A DNA stretch of 62,000 nucleotides from Chiloscyllium plagiosum (Eukaryota), in NCBI RefSeq assembly GCF_004010195.1, contig NC_057718.1, forward strand, positions 1,619,696 through 1,681,695, written 5' to 3'. Under the pieces are notes generated by a model. It made no database searches and was not told the origin of the DNA. It worked only from the letters and a program-made list of their open reading frames with translations. Both the position numbers and the translations under genes were made by a program. Every line of letters starts with the position of its first letter. The stretch's first letter is position 1. Below are positions 1 through 12,311 of the stretch, piece by piece.

Positions 1-210
1 CCTCCCCCACTCACCTATTGTACTCTATGCTACTTTCTCTCCACTCCCACCCTCCTCTCACTTATCTCTCCACCCTTCAGGCTCTCTGCCTGTATTCCTG
101 ATGAAGGGCTTTTGCCCGAAACATCGATTTCGCTGCTCCTCGGATGCTGCCTGAATTGCTGTGCTCTTCCAGCACCACCAATCCAGAATCTGCAGTCATT
201 GTTTTTACCT
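1..210 (+). mobile_element. Penelope-like element 3' terminal repeat (family 1), cut by the window edge
   Basis: Closely matches 44640-44862 and 39963-40133; hammerhead motif at 98-125 has the ACGT palindrome decayed to ACAT. Confidence 0.85.
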
Positions 211-984
211 TCTTAAATGTCTGCCACTGCTTGCTTCCTGTTGTTCCTGCTAATCAATCTGCCCAGATCACATGAGCTAATTCTTTTCTCATTTCATTGT
301 AATTCCCTTTATTTAAGTTAATCACAATTCCTGATCCAAATTTCTCACTCTCAAACTGCCCTTGAAATGTTGTGATTTTAGTATTATAGGAAATAAAAGA
401 TATACAGATGAATACCCAATCGGAGAAATGGTGTTAGAGGCAGGATTCCTGGGACTTTGGGTCTGGAATTTAGATACGGGATCGTCCATAATCCATATTG
501 AAAGGCAGAACAGGCAGAAAGGGGCACCAGCCAAATCCTGCTCATGGTTTCTATGCTTCTATGGTTAAATGGTTAATCATAATCAGCACGAGATGTCTTT
601 GCCCATGATTGACCTGATGCCATGAGAATTCATGGTCAATGTTGAGGACCCACAGGACAACTCTTGCTTGATTGTGCTGTCACCTGTGCTGGATCTGGGG
701 GGATGGCTCTAATCTGGGAATAGTGATGGTAGTATCTGGAATATTGTCTGTAAGGTACAATTCCGTAAGTATAACTATCTTAGACTGTTACTTGACCAGT
801 CTGAGACTGCTCTCCCAATTTGTAACCCCCAGCTGTTAGTAAGAATGGCTTTGCCAGGTTGACAGGACTGAGTTTGTGATTGTTTTTAGTGTTTGTGATG
901 GGATGTAATTGTTTCTGGCATTTAGTTCGATGCCATGTGGTCTGTCCAGTGTCATTCCTTTGAGATTTTTTTAAGAGTTTTTGA

Positions 985-1270
985 TTTGAGTAAGTGGCTT
1001 GTTAGGCTAGTTCAGGCAGCAGCTCAGAGACAATCACATACCTGGTGATCTGAAGTCACGTGTCAGCCGGCCCAGGATGGCAGATTTCCTCCCCAAAAGA
1101 GCATAAATGAATTAAATGGATTTTTATGACAGTTATATTCTAGATTTTCATTTTTTTAAAAATTCAGATTCCACCATCTGATATAGTGGGATTAGAATTG
1201 GGTTCCCCAGAACATTACCATGGTCTCTGGATTACCATTCAAGTGATAATATCACTATTCCATTGCCTCT
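985..1270. repeat. Unclassified SINE-like interspersed repeat (related copies at ~16410-16760, 57440-57720, 58255-58630, 61890-62000)
   Basis: Recurrent diverged motif 'caaccacattgct...tctggagtcacatgtag.ccagacc..gt..ggatggcag'. Confidence 0.55.
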
Positions 1271-1969
1271 CTGAAAAATTCAAAAATTAAAAATAATTCT
1301 GAGCCTTCTGTGTGCTTCACAATTGAGAGCTTCCCTCCTGCCGTGGGGAGGCTCCTGGAAGTGTTAAGTGCAATAAGGATAATAGACTAAACCATCCGAA
1401 ATCTCTTTGCTTCATCCGTCCTTGAACCAGTTGAGATATGGGTCAGACTTCTGTGTCACCATGGAGGAGGAAATCCGGTGACAAAGCACTGCACTTTGTT
1501 TTGTTTGCTGATAAAATAATTTCCCTCCATCTTCCCGATACAATATTTATTTTTGTGGCTATTTCATAACTGAAAGGACACTTAACCAATTAAATTTTAC
1601 TCACAATGGGCCTCTTTTTTTCCTAGTATTTGATTGACATCCAAATAAAGTTTTATTGATTTTATTGGACGAGCTTTAACTTTTCTTCATCTGCACTAAT
1701 TGCTATTTGCAAGGCTCCTGTGCACGAGACATGAGGATGATAAGTGAATGGCTACAGGGAGTATCAGGTGTATGAGAGGGCAAGAATGAAGCTGGGGAAG
1801 TGGGTGGAGGGGTGCAGTTTATCTGCAATAAGAATGATATAAGTAATTAGGCTGCTTTAGATAAGAAACAAGATGCACCTTCTAAGCAACCTTCCTCCAA
1901 TCCCGCACTTGTGCATTGCATCACACTCGCCACCTGCAGGTTGGACTCTCCATATCATGATATAGAGGA

Positions 1970-2072
1970 GCCGGTGTTGGACTGGGGTGGACAAAGTTAA
2001 AAATCACACAACACCAGAGCACCATGTAAACCTGTTGGACTATAACCTGATGTGGTGTGATTTTTAACTTTT
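1970..2072. mobile_element. Short fold-back derivative of Penelope-type family 4 terminus (another at ~28018-28134)
   Basis: aaagttaaaaatcacac is inverted against gtgtgatttttaacttt; shares 'aaacctgttggactataacctg' with 3762-3785 and 28092-28115. Confidence 0.65.
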
Positions 2073-2159
2073 TCCATAGTATGGTGAACCAAATGTCCTG
2101 GACAGATATGAGTTAGGTTTACGTTCTGAAGCCACAAATGGGGTCTATTCACTTTTTTT

Positions 2160-2459
2160 TAGACTCCCTACAGTGTGGAAACAGGCACTTCAGCCAAACA
2201 AGTCTACACTGATCCTCCAAAGAGTAACCCACCCCCTACCGTATATTTACCCTTGACTAATGCACCGAACCGACACAACCCTGAACACTATGGACAATTT
2301 AGCATGGCCAATTCACCTAACCTGCACATCTTTGTACTGTGGGAGAAAGCCCACACAGAATGTGCTAACTCCACACAGACAGTTGCCCGAAGCTGGAATT
2401 GAACTGGGGTCCCTGGTGCTGTGAGGCAGCAGGCTTAACCACTGAGTCATCGTGCCTCC
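2160..2459 (-). mobile_element. HE1-type V-SINE (diverged)
   Basis: Reverse complement of the tRNA-like head, V-domain and CR1-like tail; similar to 48884-49203. Confidence 0.85.
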
Positions 2460-3015
2460 AACAATTGTATGAGCATAAAACAAAAATCCTGGAACTCCTA
2501 AGATGTTTAAAAAAAGAGCAACAATTCAGAATTTTAGAAAAGCATCCCAAGCAGCTTCATAGGAGCTTTACAAAACAAAGTGGGAGGTGAAGCCACATGA
2601 GGAGATAGATGACTAAGACCTTGGTTTAAAAGGCAAATTATAAAGGGGCACTTAAAAAAAGAATATAAGATAGAGAGTCAGAAAAATATAGCGAGGAAAT
2701 CCTGAGTTTGGGGCCGAGGCAAATGAAGTTATGACCCTCAGTGATAAAGCATATTTATAACAGTGGACACACAAATGCTGGAGGAGATTGGAGAGGACAT
2801 CTGGGGCAGATAGAGGCACTGATGCTCTCTTCATCTTGTCAGTCAGTTGAATGGTCAGTTAATCTCTGGAGTTATTCAGGGCCTGAAACACTCATGTTTC
2901 TGGTGTCAAATGACATTCCAGCTATTGGAATCAGTCAGGTACAAGACATTTAAGTTCTTCATAAGAATTCATCAAAAGAGAAATTAGTTTAAACATTTGA
3001 CCTTCCACTCAATAG

Positions 3016-3143
3016 GAACACAACTGTTTACGGATCAAGATTCTGGGTGACTGCTACTACGCTGTTTCAGGACTGCCTGACCCACGTGATGATCATGCCC
3101 ATTGCTGTGTGGAACTAGGTCTAGGGATGATCCGAGCAATTCG
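3016..3143 (+). CDS. ADCY8: ADCY8-like exon (C1a domain, second metal-binding Asp): [43 protein letters not shown]
   Basis: Acceptor caatag| at 3014-3015 and donor |gtaaga at 3144; 128 nt; canonical KILGDCYY cyclase motif. Missing from the ORF track. Confidence 0.95.
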
Positions 3144-3675
3144 GTAAGAAAGCCAATTAATACCCATTACATGGCCACTTTGTTCAGATATTTGTTCATA
3201 TATCTGACTCAGTACAGTCCCCAGACATTCACCAGTTACCATCATAAAACTTCATCAATCATTTCTTTAGCTTGTGACTTTTAAGATTAAAGTCCCAGTT
3301 CTGTTACAATGTGGAAGCTATAAACTGGGGAATATGCACCCAATGGGATGTATACCCACATCATATGGACTGTAGTGGTTCAAGAAGGCAGTTCACCACT
3401 CCCTTCTCAAGAGCAATGAGGACTGAGCAATGAATGTTGGATCAGGCAGTGACACTCACATCCCAAGGATAAATAAAAACGATATCTACGAAATGAGGCT
3501 GGTAACAAACAAAATGCAGATGATTGGATCACTAACAATCTCAGTAACTTAATTTGTCCTTTCAAAATGGCAGCCTAGGCTGGCTGCTAACTTCCAAACT
3601 TGTTTATCTTCTGTCATTTTAGGCTATGGTGAGGTAATGCTCCAATAATATTGTCATGTCCTATCATACTTTGAT

Positions 3676-3841
3676 GGGTTTATTTGAAAACACTAGCTTT
3701 CGGAGTGCTGTTCCTTCAACAGGTGCTAGTAGCAGTGACCCGAAAGCTAGTGTTTCCAAATAAACCCTTTGGACTATAACCTGGTGTCGTAGTATTTTTG
3801 ACCTTGTCCAACCCCGTTGAACACTGGCACCTCCACATCAT
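3676..3841. mobile_element. Fold-back Penelope-type family 4 terminus with AGCU-palindrome hammerhead
   Basis: Inverted repeat 3677-3703 / 3740-3766; the minus strand reads CTGTTGA-A-GGAACAGCACTCC-GAAAGCTA. Confidence 0.7.
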
Positions 3842-4369
3842 GGCTATTATACTTTCATAATGATGAGTGACCACCCAATTTCTGGACACAAAATCTAGCA
3901 CCAACATTGCAATAGTGTTGCTATGCTGCACTGGATTGTTAGCCAGGATTATGGTCACAGGTCTTCCCAGTGGGTTTTGAACCCATGATGTTCTGAGTCA
4001 GATGAAGAGATTTCCACCTACTCCATGATTTGCTCCATTAATCCCATCAGATACCATGGGGTTAACCAATTTCAGTACTGAATGGATGCATAAGAATAAG
4101 TCTTTAATCAGGTTGGAGTGCTGGAAACAAAATGAAGGTTGTAGCTGAAGGATTTAATTTCATGTGACACCAGCTTTCTTCAGAAAATATAGATGCCTTT
4201 ATGCAACATTTCCAAGCCTAGAATAATAGGCCAACATTCCCAAAAAAACCAAAAACCATTCTCTGGCAACTAACAGAAGACACAAGAAATTAAATCCAGA
4301 GATTTCTGATGCAATATTGCAGGGTTAAAGCAATGGAGGAGAGACCACCCAATAGAAAATCAGTGAAAG

Positions 4370-6890
4370 AAAATCAAGGCAAACTTCAATAAGCAGGTGG
4401 ACTGGAAAAATCAGGGTGGTAGCAGATCCCAAGGAAAGGAATTTGTGGAATGTCTACACAGCTTGCGGTAGAGCCCACTAGGGAACAGATAATTCTGGAT
4501 TTGGTGATGTGTAATAAAACAGACTTCATTAGGGAGCTTAAGGTGAAGGCAGTGACCATAATATGATCAAGTTCACCTGCAGTTTGAAAGAGAGAAGCTG
4601 GAATCAGATCTTAATGGTATTACAATAAAGTAAAGGTGACCATAGCGACAGGAAAGAGGAGCTGTCCAAAGTTGATTGGAAGAGAGAGCCTAGCAAGGAA
4701 GATGGTGGAGCAGCAATGGAAGGAGTTCTTGGGGGAAATTTGGGACGCACAGCAGAAATTCCTCCCAAGGAAGAAGAAATATCATTAGGAAGGATAAGGC
4801 AACCATGACTGACAAGGGAAGTCAGAGATAGCATAAGAGCAAAAGAAAATACATAGAATGTGGTGAAGATTAGTGGGAAGCCAGAGGATTGGGAAATCTT
4901 TAAAAACCAGCAGAGGATAACTAAAAAAGCAATAAGAGAGGACAAGATGAAATATGAGGGTAAGCTAGCTAGTGATATACAAAAAGATTGTAAGAACATT
5001 TTTCAGATATAAAAAAGGCAGGAAGGAGGCAAGAATAGACATTTGACCACTGGAAAATGAGGCTGGAGAAGTTGTGATGGAAACAAAGAAATGGCAGAGG
5101 GACTGAATAGGTATTTTGCATCTGTTTTCATGGTAGAAGATGCTAGCAACATTCTAGAACTCAAGAGAATGAGGAGATAGAGGTAAGTGTAGTGGCCAAC
5201 ACCAATGAGAAAGTGCTGGGAAGTTGGAAGGTCTGATGGACTACACCTCAAAGTTCTGGATAGCTAAGATAGCTAAGGAGATTGCGGAGGCACTGGTGGT
5301 AATCTTTCAGGAATCACTGGAGCCAGGGAGGGTCCCAGGGGACTAGAAAATGGCTAATGTAACAGTGTTTACGAACAGAGGAAGGCAGAAGACAGGAAGT
5401 TTTAAGCCAGTTAGCCTGACCTCAGTCATTGGGAAGATTTCACAATCTGTTATGAAGGATGAGATTACAGAGTACTTAAAAGTGCATGGGGCTTTGTCAA
5501 GGAGAAGTCAAGCCTGACAAATCAGTCTGAATTCTTTGAGGAGGTAATGAACACGTTAAGACAGAGGAGAGCTAGTGAACATGATCTATTTGGCTTTTCA
5601 GAAGGCCTCTGACAAGGTGCTGCAAAGGAGGCTGCTAAATAAGAGCCCATGTGTTAGGGGTTATGTCCTGGCATGGATAGAGGATTAGCTGACTGACCGA
5701 CAGAAGGCAGAGAGTGAGGATAAAGGGGTCTTTTTCACAATGGCAGCTGGCAACGAGTATAATTCCACAGGGGTCAGTGTTGTGACCACAACTATTCACA
5801 TTATACATTAACGACCTGGACGAAGGAACTGAGGGCATTGTTACTAAGTTTGCAGATGACCCAAAGAAAGATGGAGGGGCAGGTTGGGGAGGTTGGGGGT
5901 GGGTGCTGCAGAAGGACTTGGACAGGCTGAGAAAGTGGGCAAAGAAGTGGCAGATGAATACAATGTGGGAAAGTGTGAGGTTATGCCCCTTGTTAGGAAC
6001 AATAGAGGATTAGACTCTTTTTTAAGGAGGGAAAGACTTTGGAAATCTGAAGCACTGGGATTGCGAGGTCCTAGTTTAGAATTGTCTTAATGTTAACATA
6101 CATGTTCATTTGCTGTTAGGAAGGCAAATTCAATGTTAACGTTAATTTCAAGAGATTGTATAAGGCTCTGGTCAGACCAAATTTGCAATATTGTGAGCAG
6201 TTTTGGGCTCAGTATCTAAAGAAGGATGTGCTGGCCTTGGAGAGAGTCCAGAGGAAGTTTACAGGAATGATCCGAGGATGAAGGGCTTATTATATGAGGA
6301 GTGGTTGTGGACTCTGGATCTGTACTCGATGGAACAAAGAACAAAAAAGCAAAGAAAATTACAGCATAGGAACAGGCCCTTCGGCCTCCAAGCCCGCGCT
6401 GATCAATATCTTCTGTCTAAACCGCTGCCTATTTTCTAAGGATCTGTATCCCTCTGCTCCCTGCTCAATCAAGTATCTGTCCAGATACATCTTAAATGAC
6501 AGTATCGTGCCCGCCTCTTCCACCTCCACTGGCAACACATTCCAGGGCCCCACCACGTTCTGTGTAAAGGACTTGGAGTTCAGAAGAATGATTAGATTCA
6601 ATTCCCTACAGTGTGGAAACAGGCCCTTCAGCCCAGCAAGTCCACACCGACCCTCCAAGAGGGGATTTGATTGAAACTTACAGAATACTGAATAATGTGG
6701 ACATGGAAAAAAATGTTTCCACTAGTCAGTGAGTCTAGGACTTGAGAACATAGACACAGTGAAGGGGCCACCTTTTAGAACTGAAATGAGGAGGAATTTC
6801 TCCAGATGGGAGGTGGTCAGTCTGTGGAACTCATTGCTGCAGAAGGCTGCTGAGGCCAAATCATTGAGTGTATTTAAGACAAGATGGCAT
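4370..6890 (+). mobile_element. Decayed CR1 (HER1-like) LINE ORF2, with a nested minus-strand CR1 3' end (~6333-6571) and a SINE fragment (~6590-6659)
   Basis: Degenerate RT motifs (ccacaggggtcagtgttg; aagtttgcagatgac = KFADD); many stops and frameshifts. Confidence 0.85.
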
Positions 6891-7529
6891 TTGTGAACCA
6901 ATGGATTTTTTATGATATTTACAGTGGCTACATAGTTGTAATTTGAGTCACTTCTAATTGAATTCAAATTTCATTATCTGCCATGATGGGTTTCAAAGCA
7001 ATGACCCCAAAACACAGAGCCTGGGTCTTCGGGTGAATTGTCCAATGATGTTGCCAGTACTCTACAACCTCCTCCAGAGAGTTTACACAGCTGACAGTAT
7101 TGTGAGACTTTCGAAGATCTTTCTCAGCAACATTATCAGACAAACATTAATATTGAACCATATAGCACTATGTTTATCCAGCACCTTTGACATAGTAGAA
7201 TATTGAAAAATTTCAATAAAGCTTCAATAGCAAATTAAATGCAAGTCAAATAAATAGTCTAGTATTTGAGTAGATGGCCAAAAACTTTGTCTAAGAGGCA
7301 GATGTTAAGGAACATAATCATCGAATAATAATCTTAGAGTAATTATGGTACAGAGATAAGTTTGCCCATCAAGTTCATGCACCCTCTCCGAACAGCAGTG
7401 CAATAATTCCTATTAACCCCTTCTGTAATCCACCACCATATGAGTTTATTTCCCTCAAAAACCCAGTCAGTTACCAATTAAACTATTTATCATCTCTACT
7501 TACGCTGCTCTCCTGGACGAAGGGTTTGG

Positions 7530-7778
7530 CAGCACTAACCTCTGACAGTGCAGCACACTCCCTCAATATTGACCCTCCGTCAGTGCTATATTCCCTCTGT
7601 ACTGAACCTCTGACAGTGCGGTGCTCCCTCAACACTGACCTTCTGATGACACTATGCCACTCCCCTCAGCAGTGACCCTCCAACAGTGTGGCACTCTCTC
7701 AGTACTGACCCTCTGACACTACGGCACTCCCTCAGCAGTGAGCCTCCGACAGTGTGGGGTTCCCAGGTACTGACCCTT
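7530..7778. repeat. 33-bp minisatellite, about 7.5 diverged copies (consensus cagtactgaccctctgacagtgcggcactccct)
   Basis: Direct tandem periodicity read from the sequence. Confidence 0.85.
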
Positions 7779-8779
7779 TAACCTGGTCAAGGGACTTCAC
7801 AATCCTTCCAAATGTTAACATAATTGGAACTGGGCACGGTTGTAGTCTAACATTTGCTTTATTGAGTTTCAGCATGGTTTTCCTGCTTCTGTTGTCAAAT
7901 TGTGCTTAGTGCCTCTTTAATTTCATATTGTGACTTTCCTCAAAATTGTCACATCCATGCCATCTAGGCCAAATAACTTCTCTACTTTTAATGCTGCCAA
8001 AATATTTAAGTAACTTATCTTTATCTATTTTTACCCTCACAACTGCCTTCACCTTTACTGAAACATTGGCTCTGTCCTCTTTTTGAGTGAAAACAGGTAT
8101 AATAAACTCAGGAGGAGGCCCCTCACTCCTCCAAACAAATGTCATGCAGAGCACACACTACACCTGCCCCCCCCCCCCCCTCTAAAACTCCCTCTACACA
8201 CACATACAGACAGACACAGACAGAAATAATATGGTGTCATGGATGGAGGTAAAACAAATACTGGGCAAACACTTCAATGGCACCAGATCTCAGGATTTGG
8301 TGAACTGTCCCTTTGTTTCCCAACTCCTTCCGTTTTCTGATCTTTTCCATCCCGTCCTCTCAGGTCTTTATAGGCAATACAGAGTGACTGACTCACAAAT
8401 TGTAATTTCTCTGACTTATTGGTTGATAACAGCACCTTACATCAACCGACAGGTGATACCAGCTGACTTGCTTTAGCGTCAGGCATTTTACTAGAGAGAA
8501 AAAGAGAGAGAGAGACCACCTCCCCTTCTAGAATTCCAAAAGCTTCTCTCTGTATCATTTTTGTTCATGTCCACTTATTGTTCACCTTCCCAGGAATCAT
8601 CAAAGCAGTAAGTAAACACAACTTACAATGACTTCCAACAATTTTCACAAATTAGTTTAAGTACAGAAACTTAATCTGAACTATCAACATCCTTTCTCCA
8701 CCAGCACCCACCACCCACCACCCTCACACACCCATGCCCCCCAATTATAGCATAAATGCTGCCCCCTCCACACTTCATC

Positions 8780-8882
8780 TCAGCTTGAATGAAGAGTCAT
8801 CTAAACTCAAAATGTTAGCTTGCTTTCTCTCCATGGATACTGCCTGACCTGCTGGGATCTCCAGCATTGGTTATTTTCAGTG
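8780..8882 (+). mobile_element. Old Penelope-type terminal repeat with decayed hammerhead
   Basis: 'atgaagagtcatctaaactcaaaatgttagct' followed by the shared tail 'gatactgcctgacctgctg...ctccagca'. Confidence 0.55.
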
Positions 8883-9087
8883 CATAAATTTCTGTCAGCT
8901 CTTTATTGTCAACAATCCTTTTCCCAATTAAGTCCACAATCAAAAGTACAGTAAAATCCAAAGGTACGGTCTTTATGCTCTCAGCTTCATGACCTTCTCG
9001 CTGTGGTGCCACTGCAGTGTCTCAGTATTTCCATTTAATGAAATATGTTGAATACTATTTCTGCTGATTGTGTTTTCTGTCGTTTAG

Positions 9088-9246
9088 GAAGATCAGGTCA
9101 AGTTTTCAAGCAGACATTGATATGCGGATAGGGATCCATTCTGGCTTTGTCCTGTGTGGCGTACTGGGTCTACGGAAGTGGCAGTTTGATGTGTGGTCAT
9201 TGGATGTAAGCATAGCTGACGAGCTAGAATCTACTGGTCAACCTGG
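9088..9246 (+). CDS. ADCY8: ADCY8-like exon (C1a): [53 protein letters not shown]
   Basis: tttag| acceptor and |gtaaga donor; 159 nt; MRIGIHSG and KWQFDVW motifs; phase 2-2 fits both neighbours. Confidence 0.96.
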
Positions 9247-9374
9247 GTAAGAGTGTACCAAACGTTGGAGAGACAGAGAAGGAGTTAAAAAGACAGTGTA
9301 AAACAAGGCAGAGAGTGTGTGATCAAGACTCAGAATTGTGTGTGATTGAGGAACAAAATCTGAGTTATGAAAGA

Positions 9375-9762
9375 AAAACTACATTTCATTACTCCTTTTA
9401 TGACCTCAAACCCAAATTGCTTTGCACCAGGTGAAAGGCAGAGACTATAAGTAAAGCAGCAGCCAATTTACTTGTAGTAGACTCCCATAAAGTGATAAAA
9501 AACAGTTAATCTGTTTCAGTAATTCCCATGCTGTTCATATAGCTGCAGAATCTTTTACACTACCTCCAAGAGGTCACATCAAGCCTCAGCTTAATGTCTC
9601 CTCTGAAAACCCACATCTGCCACTGCAAAGCATTCCCTCAGTATGTGCTGGAATAACCTAAACTGTTTTTGATTCTTATGGTTTTTGCATTCAAGTCTCT
9701 GATTGGGACTTAAGCCCACAACCTTCTGATTCAGGTGTGAGAGTCCACCCCATTGTGTCATG
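9375..9762 (-). mobile_element. Deu-domain SINE (SacSINE1/AmnSINE-like); related fragments at ~3880-4030, 12500-12790, 13540-13740
   Basis: Reverse-strand tRNA-like head ('gggacttaagcccacaaccttctgattcag') and Deu-like body ('gcattccctcagta', 'atcttttacac'); recognised from memory of the family. Confidence 0.55.
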
Positions 9763-10309
9763 ACTAAGTATTTAAATGGCCGAGGATGGGAATGCCATGG
9801 TTCTGGGGAGGGGAGGTGGTGGATTGGTTATGTGCGACTGTAAAAAAGAAGGCAACCACTGAATGAAATATTTCAAGGTTCAATGGAAAGAAAATGTGAT
9901 TAATGAACATGGAAAATCTGAGTGATAGAAAGAAAGTGAGAAGGTGAACAACTACAGTACTTCACAAAAGCACAGCTCAGCTAGAGCAGGAAAGTCATCC
10001 AGGCAGAGACAACAAGCAGAGAATAAAAGGAAAATGTGTAACCATGATTCATATGAACACAGTCAGAGGTACAAAGAGAGAGACAGACTCTCTCGTTTAA
10101 CAAGAGGCCAAACAGACTAATAGGGAAATGAAACAAGACCAAGAGTCTTGGAGGAAAGAGGGGGAAGCACATGGGAGAGTGTGTGACTGAAAAACAGTTA
10201 CCAGTTTTCAAATAGAGACAGTGAATGTGAGGCAGAGAGATAGAGACAATTAAACAGACAGGGAAGAGATCAGGTAGATAGGGAGATATAAATGGTAGGT
10301 AAATGGTAG

Positions 10310-11485
10310 GCCACCCAGGTAAATAGTGCGGTGAGGAAGGCATATGGCGTACTGGCTTTTATTGGTAGAGGAATTGAGTTCCGGAGTCCTGAGGTCATGA
10401 TGCAGTTGTATAAGACTCTGGTGCGGCCGCATCTGGAATATTGTGTGCAGTTTTGGTCGCCATACTATAGGAAGGATGTGGTCGCCATACTATAGGAAGC
10501 GGTGTTCCGCAAGGATCTGTTTTGGGACCATTGCTGTTTGTCATTTTTATAAATGACCTGGAAGAGGGGTTAGAAGGTTGGGTGAGCAAGTTTGCGGATG
10601 ATACGAAAGTCGGAGGAGTTGTTGACAGTGAGGAAGGATGTGGCAGGTTACAGCAGGATATAGACAAGCTGCAGAGCTGGGCAGAAAGGTGGCAAATGGA
10701 ATTCAATGTAGCTAAGTGTGAGGTGATTCACTTTGGGAAGAATAACAAAAAGATGGGGTACTGGGCTAATGGTCGGATACTTGGTAGTGTGGATGAGCAG
10801 AGGGATCTTGGTGTCCATGTACACAGATCTCTGAAAGTTGCCACCCAGGTAAATAGTGCGGTGAGGAAGGCATATGGCGTACTGGCTTTTATTGGTAGAG
10901 GAATTGAGTTCCGGAGCCCTGAGGTCATGATGCAGTTGTATAAGACTCTGGTACGGCCGCATCTGGAATATTATGTGCAGTTTTGGTCGCCATACTATAG
11001 GAAGGAGGTGGAGGCACTGGAACGGGTGCAGAGGAGGTTTACCAGGATGTTGCCTGGTATGAAAGGAAAATCGTATGAGGAAAGACTGAGGCACTTGGGG
11101 CTGTTTTCACTAGAGAAAAGAAGGTTTACGGGTGACTTGATTGAGGTGTACAAGATGATTAGGGGGTTAGATAGGGACGACAGTATGAACCTTTTCCCGC
11201 GTATTGAGTCGGGTATTACAAGGGGGCATAGCTTTAAACGAAGGGGGGGTAGATATAGGACTGAAGTTAGGGGTAGGTTCTTCACTCAGCGAGTCGTAAG
11301 TTCATGGAATGCCCTGCCAGTAGCAGTGGTGGACTCTCCCTCTTTATGGGCATTTAAGCGGGCATTGGATAGGTATATGGAGGATAGTGGGTTAGTATAG
11401 GTTAGGTGGGCTTGGATCGGCGCAACATCGAGGGCCAAAGGGCCTGTACTGCGCTGTATTCTTCTATGTTCTATGGTCTATGTTC
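10310..11485 (+). mobile_element. Young 5'-truncated CR1 LINE with an intact RT C-terminal ORF (10522-11400) and (ttctatg)n tail
   Basis: ORF with PQGS.LGP, KFADDTK and [11 protein letters not shown]; CpG-rich; 3' microsatellite tail; rearranged 5' end. Confidence 0.95.
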
Positions 11486-11594
11486 TAAATGACAGTGAGG
11501 AAGAAGCAATTGTCATATATTTGTAAAATAAGATTATTTAGAAAAGTACCAAAACCAGCAGGCTGGATAATCAATGTTATTTCCTGTGTCTTAG

Positions 11595-11928
11595 GCGAAT
11601 CCACATCTCTGAAGTAACTTTGAAACATTTGAGAGGTGACTATGAAACTGAAGTGGCTCATGGCCACAAACGTGGTGATTTGTTGGAGCGATATAACATT
11701 AAAACCTACTTCATCAAGCACGATGAATTCACTGGGGACCCACCACGAATACGAGTTAGTATTGCGAAATCAGATGCTGGAGCTCCAAGATCACAGTTTG
11801 ATCGTAGAAAAACAGAGACTATATTCAGCAGCAGTTTTCACATTGATGCCAGTCTGCTCCGAGTCATGGAAGCTGAAACCCCATGGAGGCTTGACCATCC
11901 TTTCAACAGAGTAGTTGGTTTGAATAAA
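11595..11928 (+). CDS. ADCY8: ADCY8-like exon (end of C1a into C1b): RIHISEVTLKHLRGDYETEVAHGHKRG...TYFIK...DHPFNRVVGLNK
   Basis: cttag| acceptor and |gtgagt donor; 334 nt; RIHIS...DY..E..HG...TY.IK motif; overlaps ORF 11620..11952. Confidence 0.93.
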
Positions 11929-12186
11929 GTGAGTAAAATTTCCAGCCCGTAAGGTTATCCTTTTCCCGTTGTACAGTAACATGCTCTCGGACATGTGTCA
12001 TTGCCATCTCCATTTAGTCATTGGGTTGAAAAAGAAGATTATATCTTAAAACTAAACAATGTGGATTGGACAAGACAAATCTTTGAAAGGACTGATATTG
12101 TGAGCTGTGCAGTGTTCTGACCAACTGGCTGGAATCAGAGGGGTAAGGTGGGGATATCAGCTGAGACATTGGCAGATTCATGGGGA

Positions 12187-12311
12187 AGGAGAAAGTGAGG
12201 TCTGCAGATGCTGGAGATCAGAGCTGAAAATGTGTTGCTGGAAAAGCGCAGCAGGTCAGGCAGCATCCAGGGAACAGGAGAATCGACGTTTCGGGCATAA
12301 GCCCTTCTTCA
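12187..12311 (-). mobile_element. Short Penelope family 2 terminal insertion whose 5' junction falls inside the hammerhead core
   Basis: The minus strand starts tgaagaagggcttatgcccgaaacgtc and runs to cctcactttctcc. Confidence 0.85.

Noticed and set aside
7530..7778. CRISPR-like periodic array (also 14496-14678)
   Set aside because: Units are contiguous tandem repeats with no unique spacers, there are no cas genes, and the context is a vertebrate intron.
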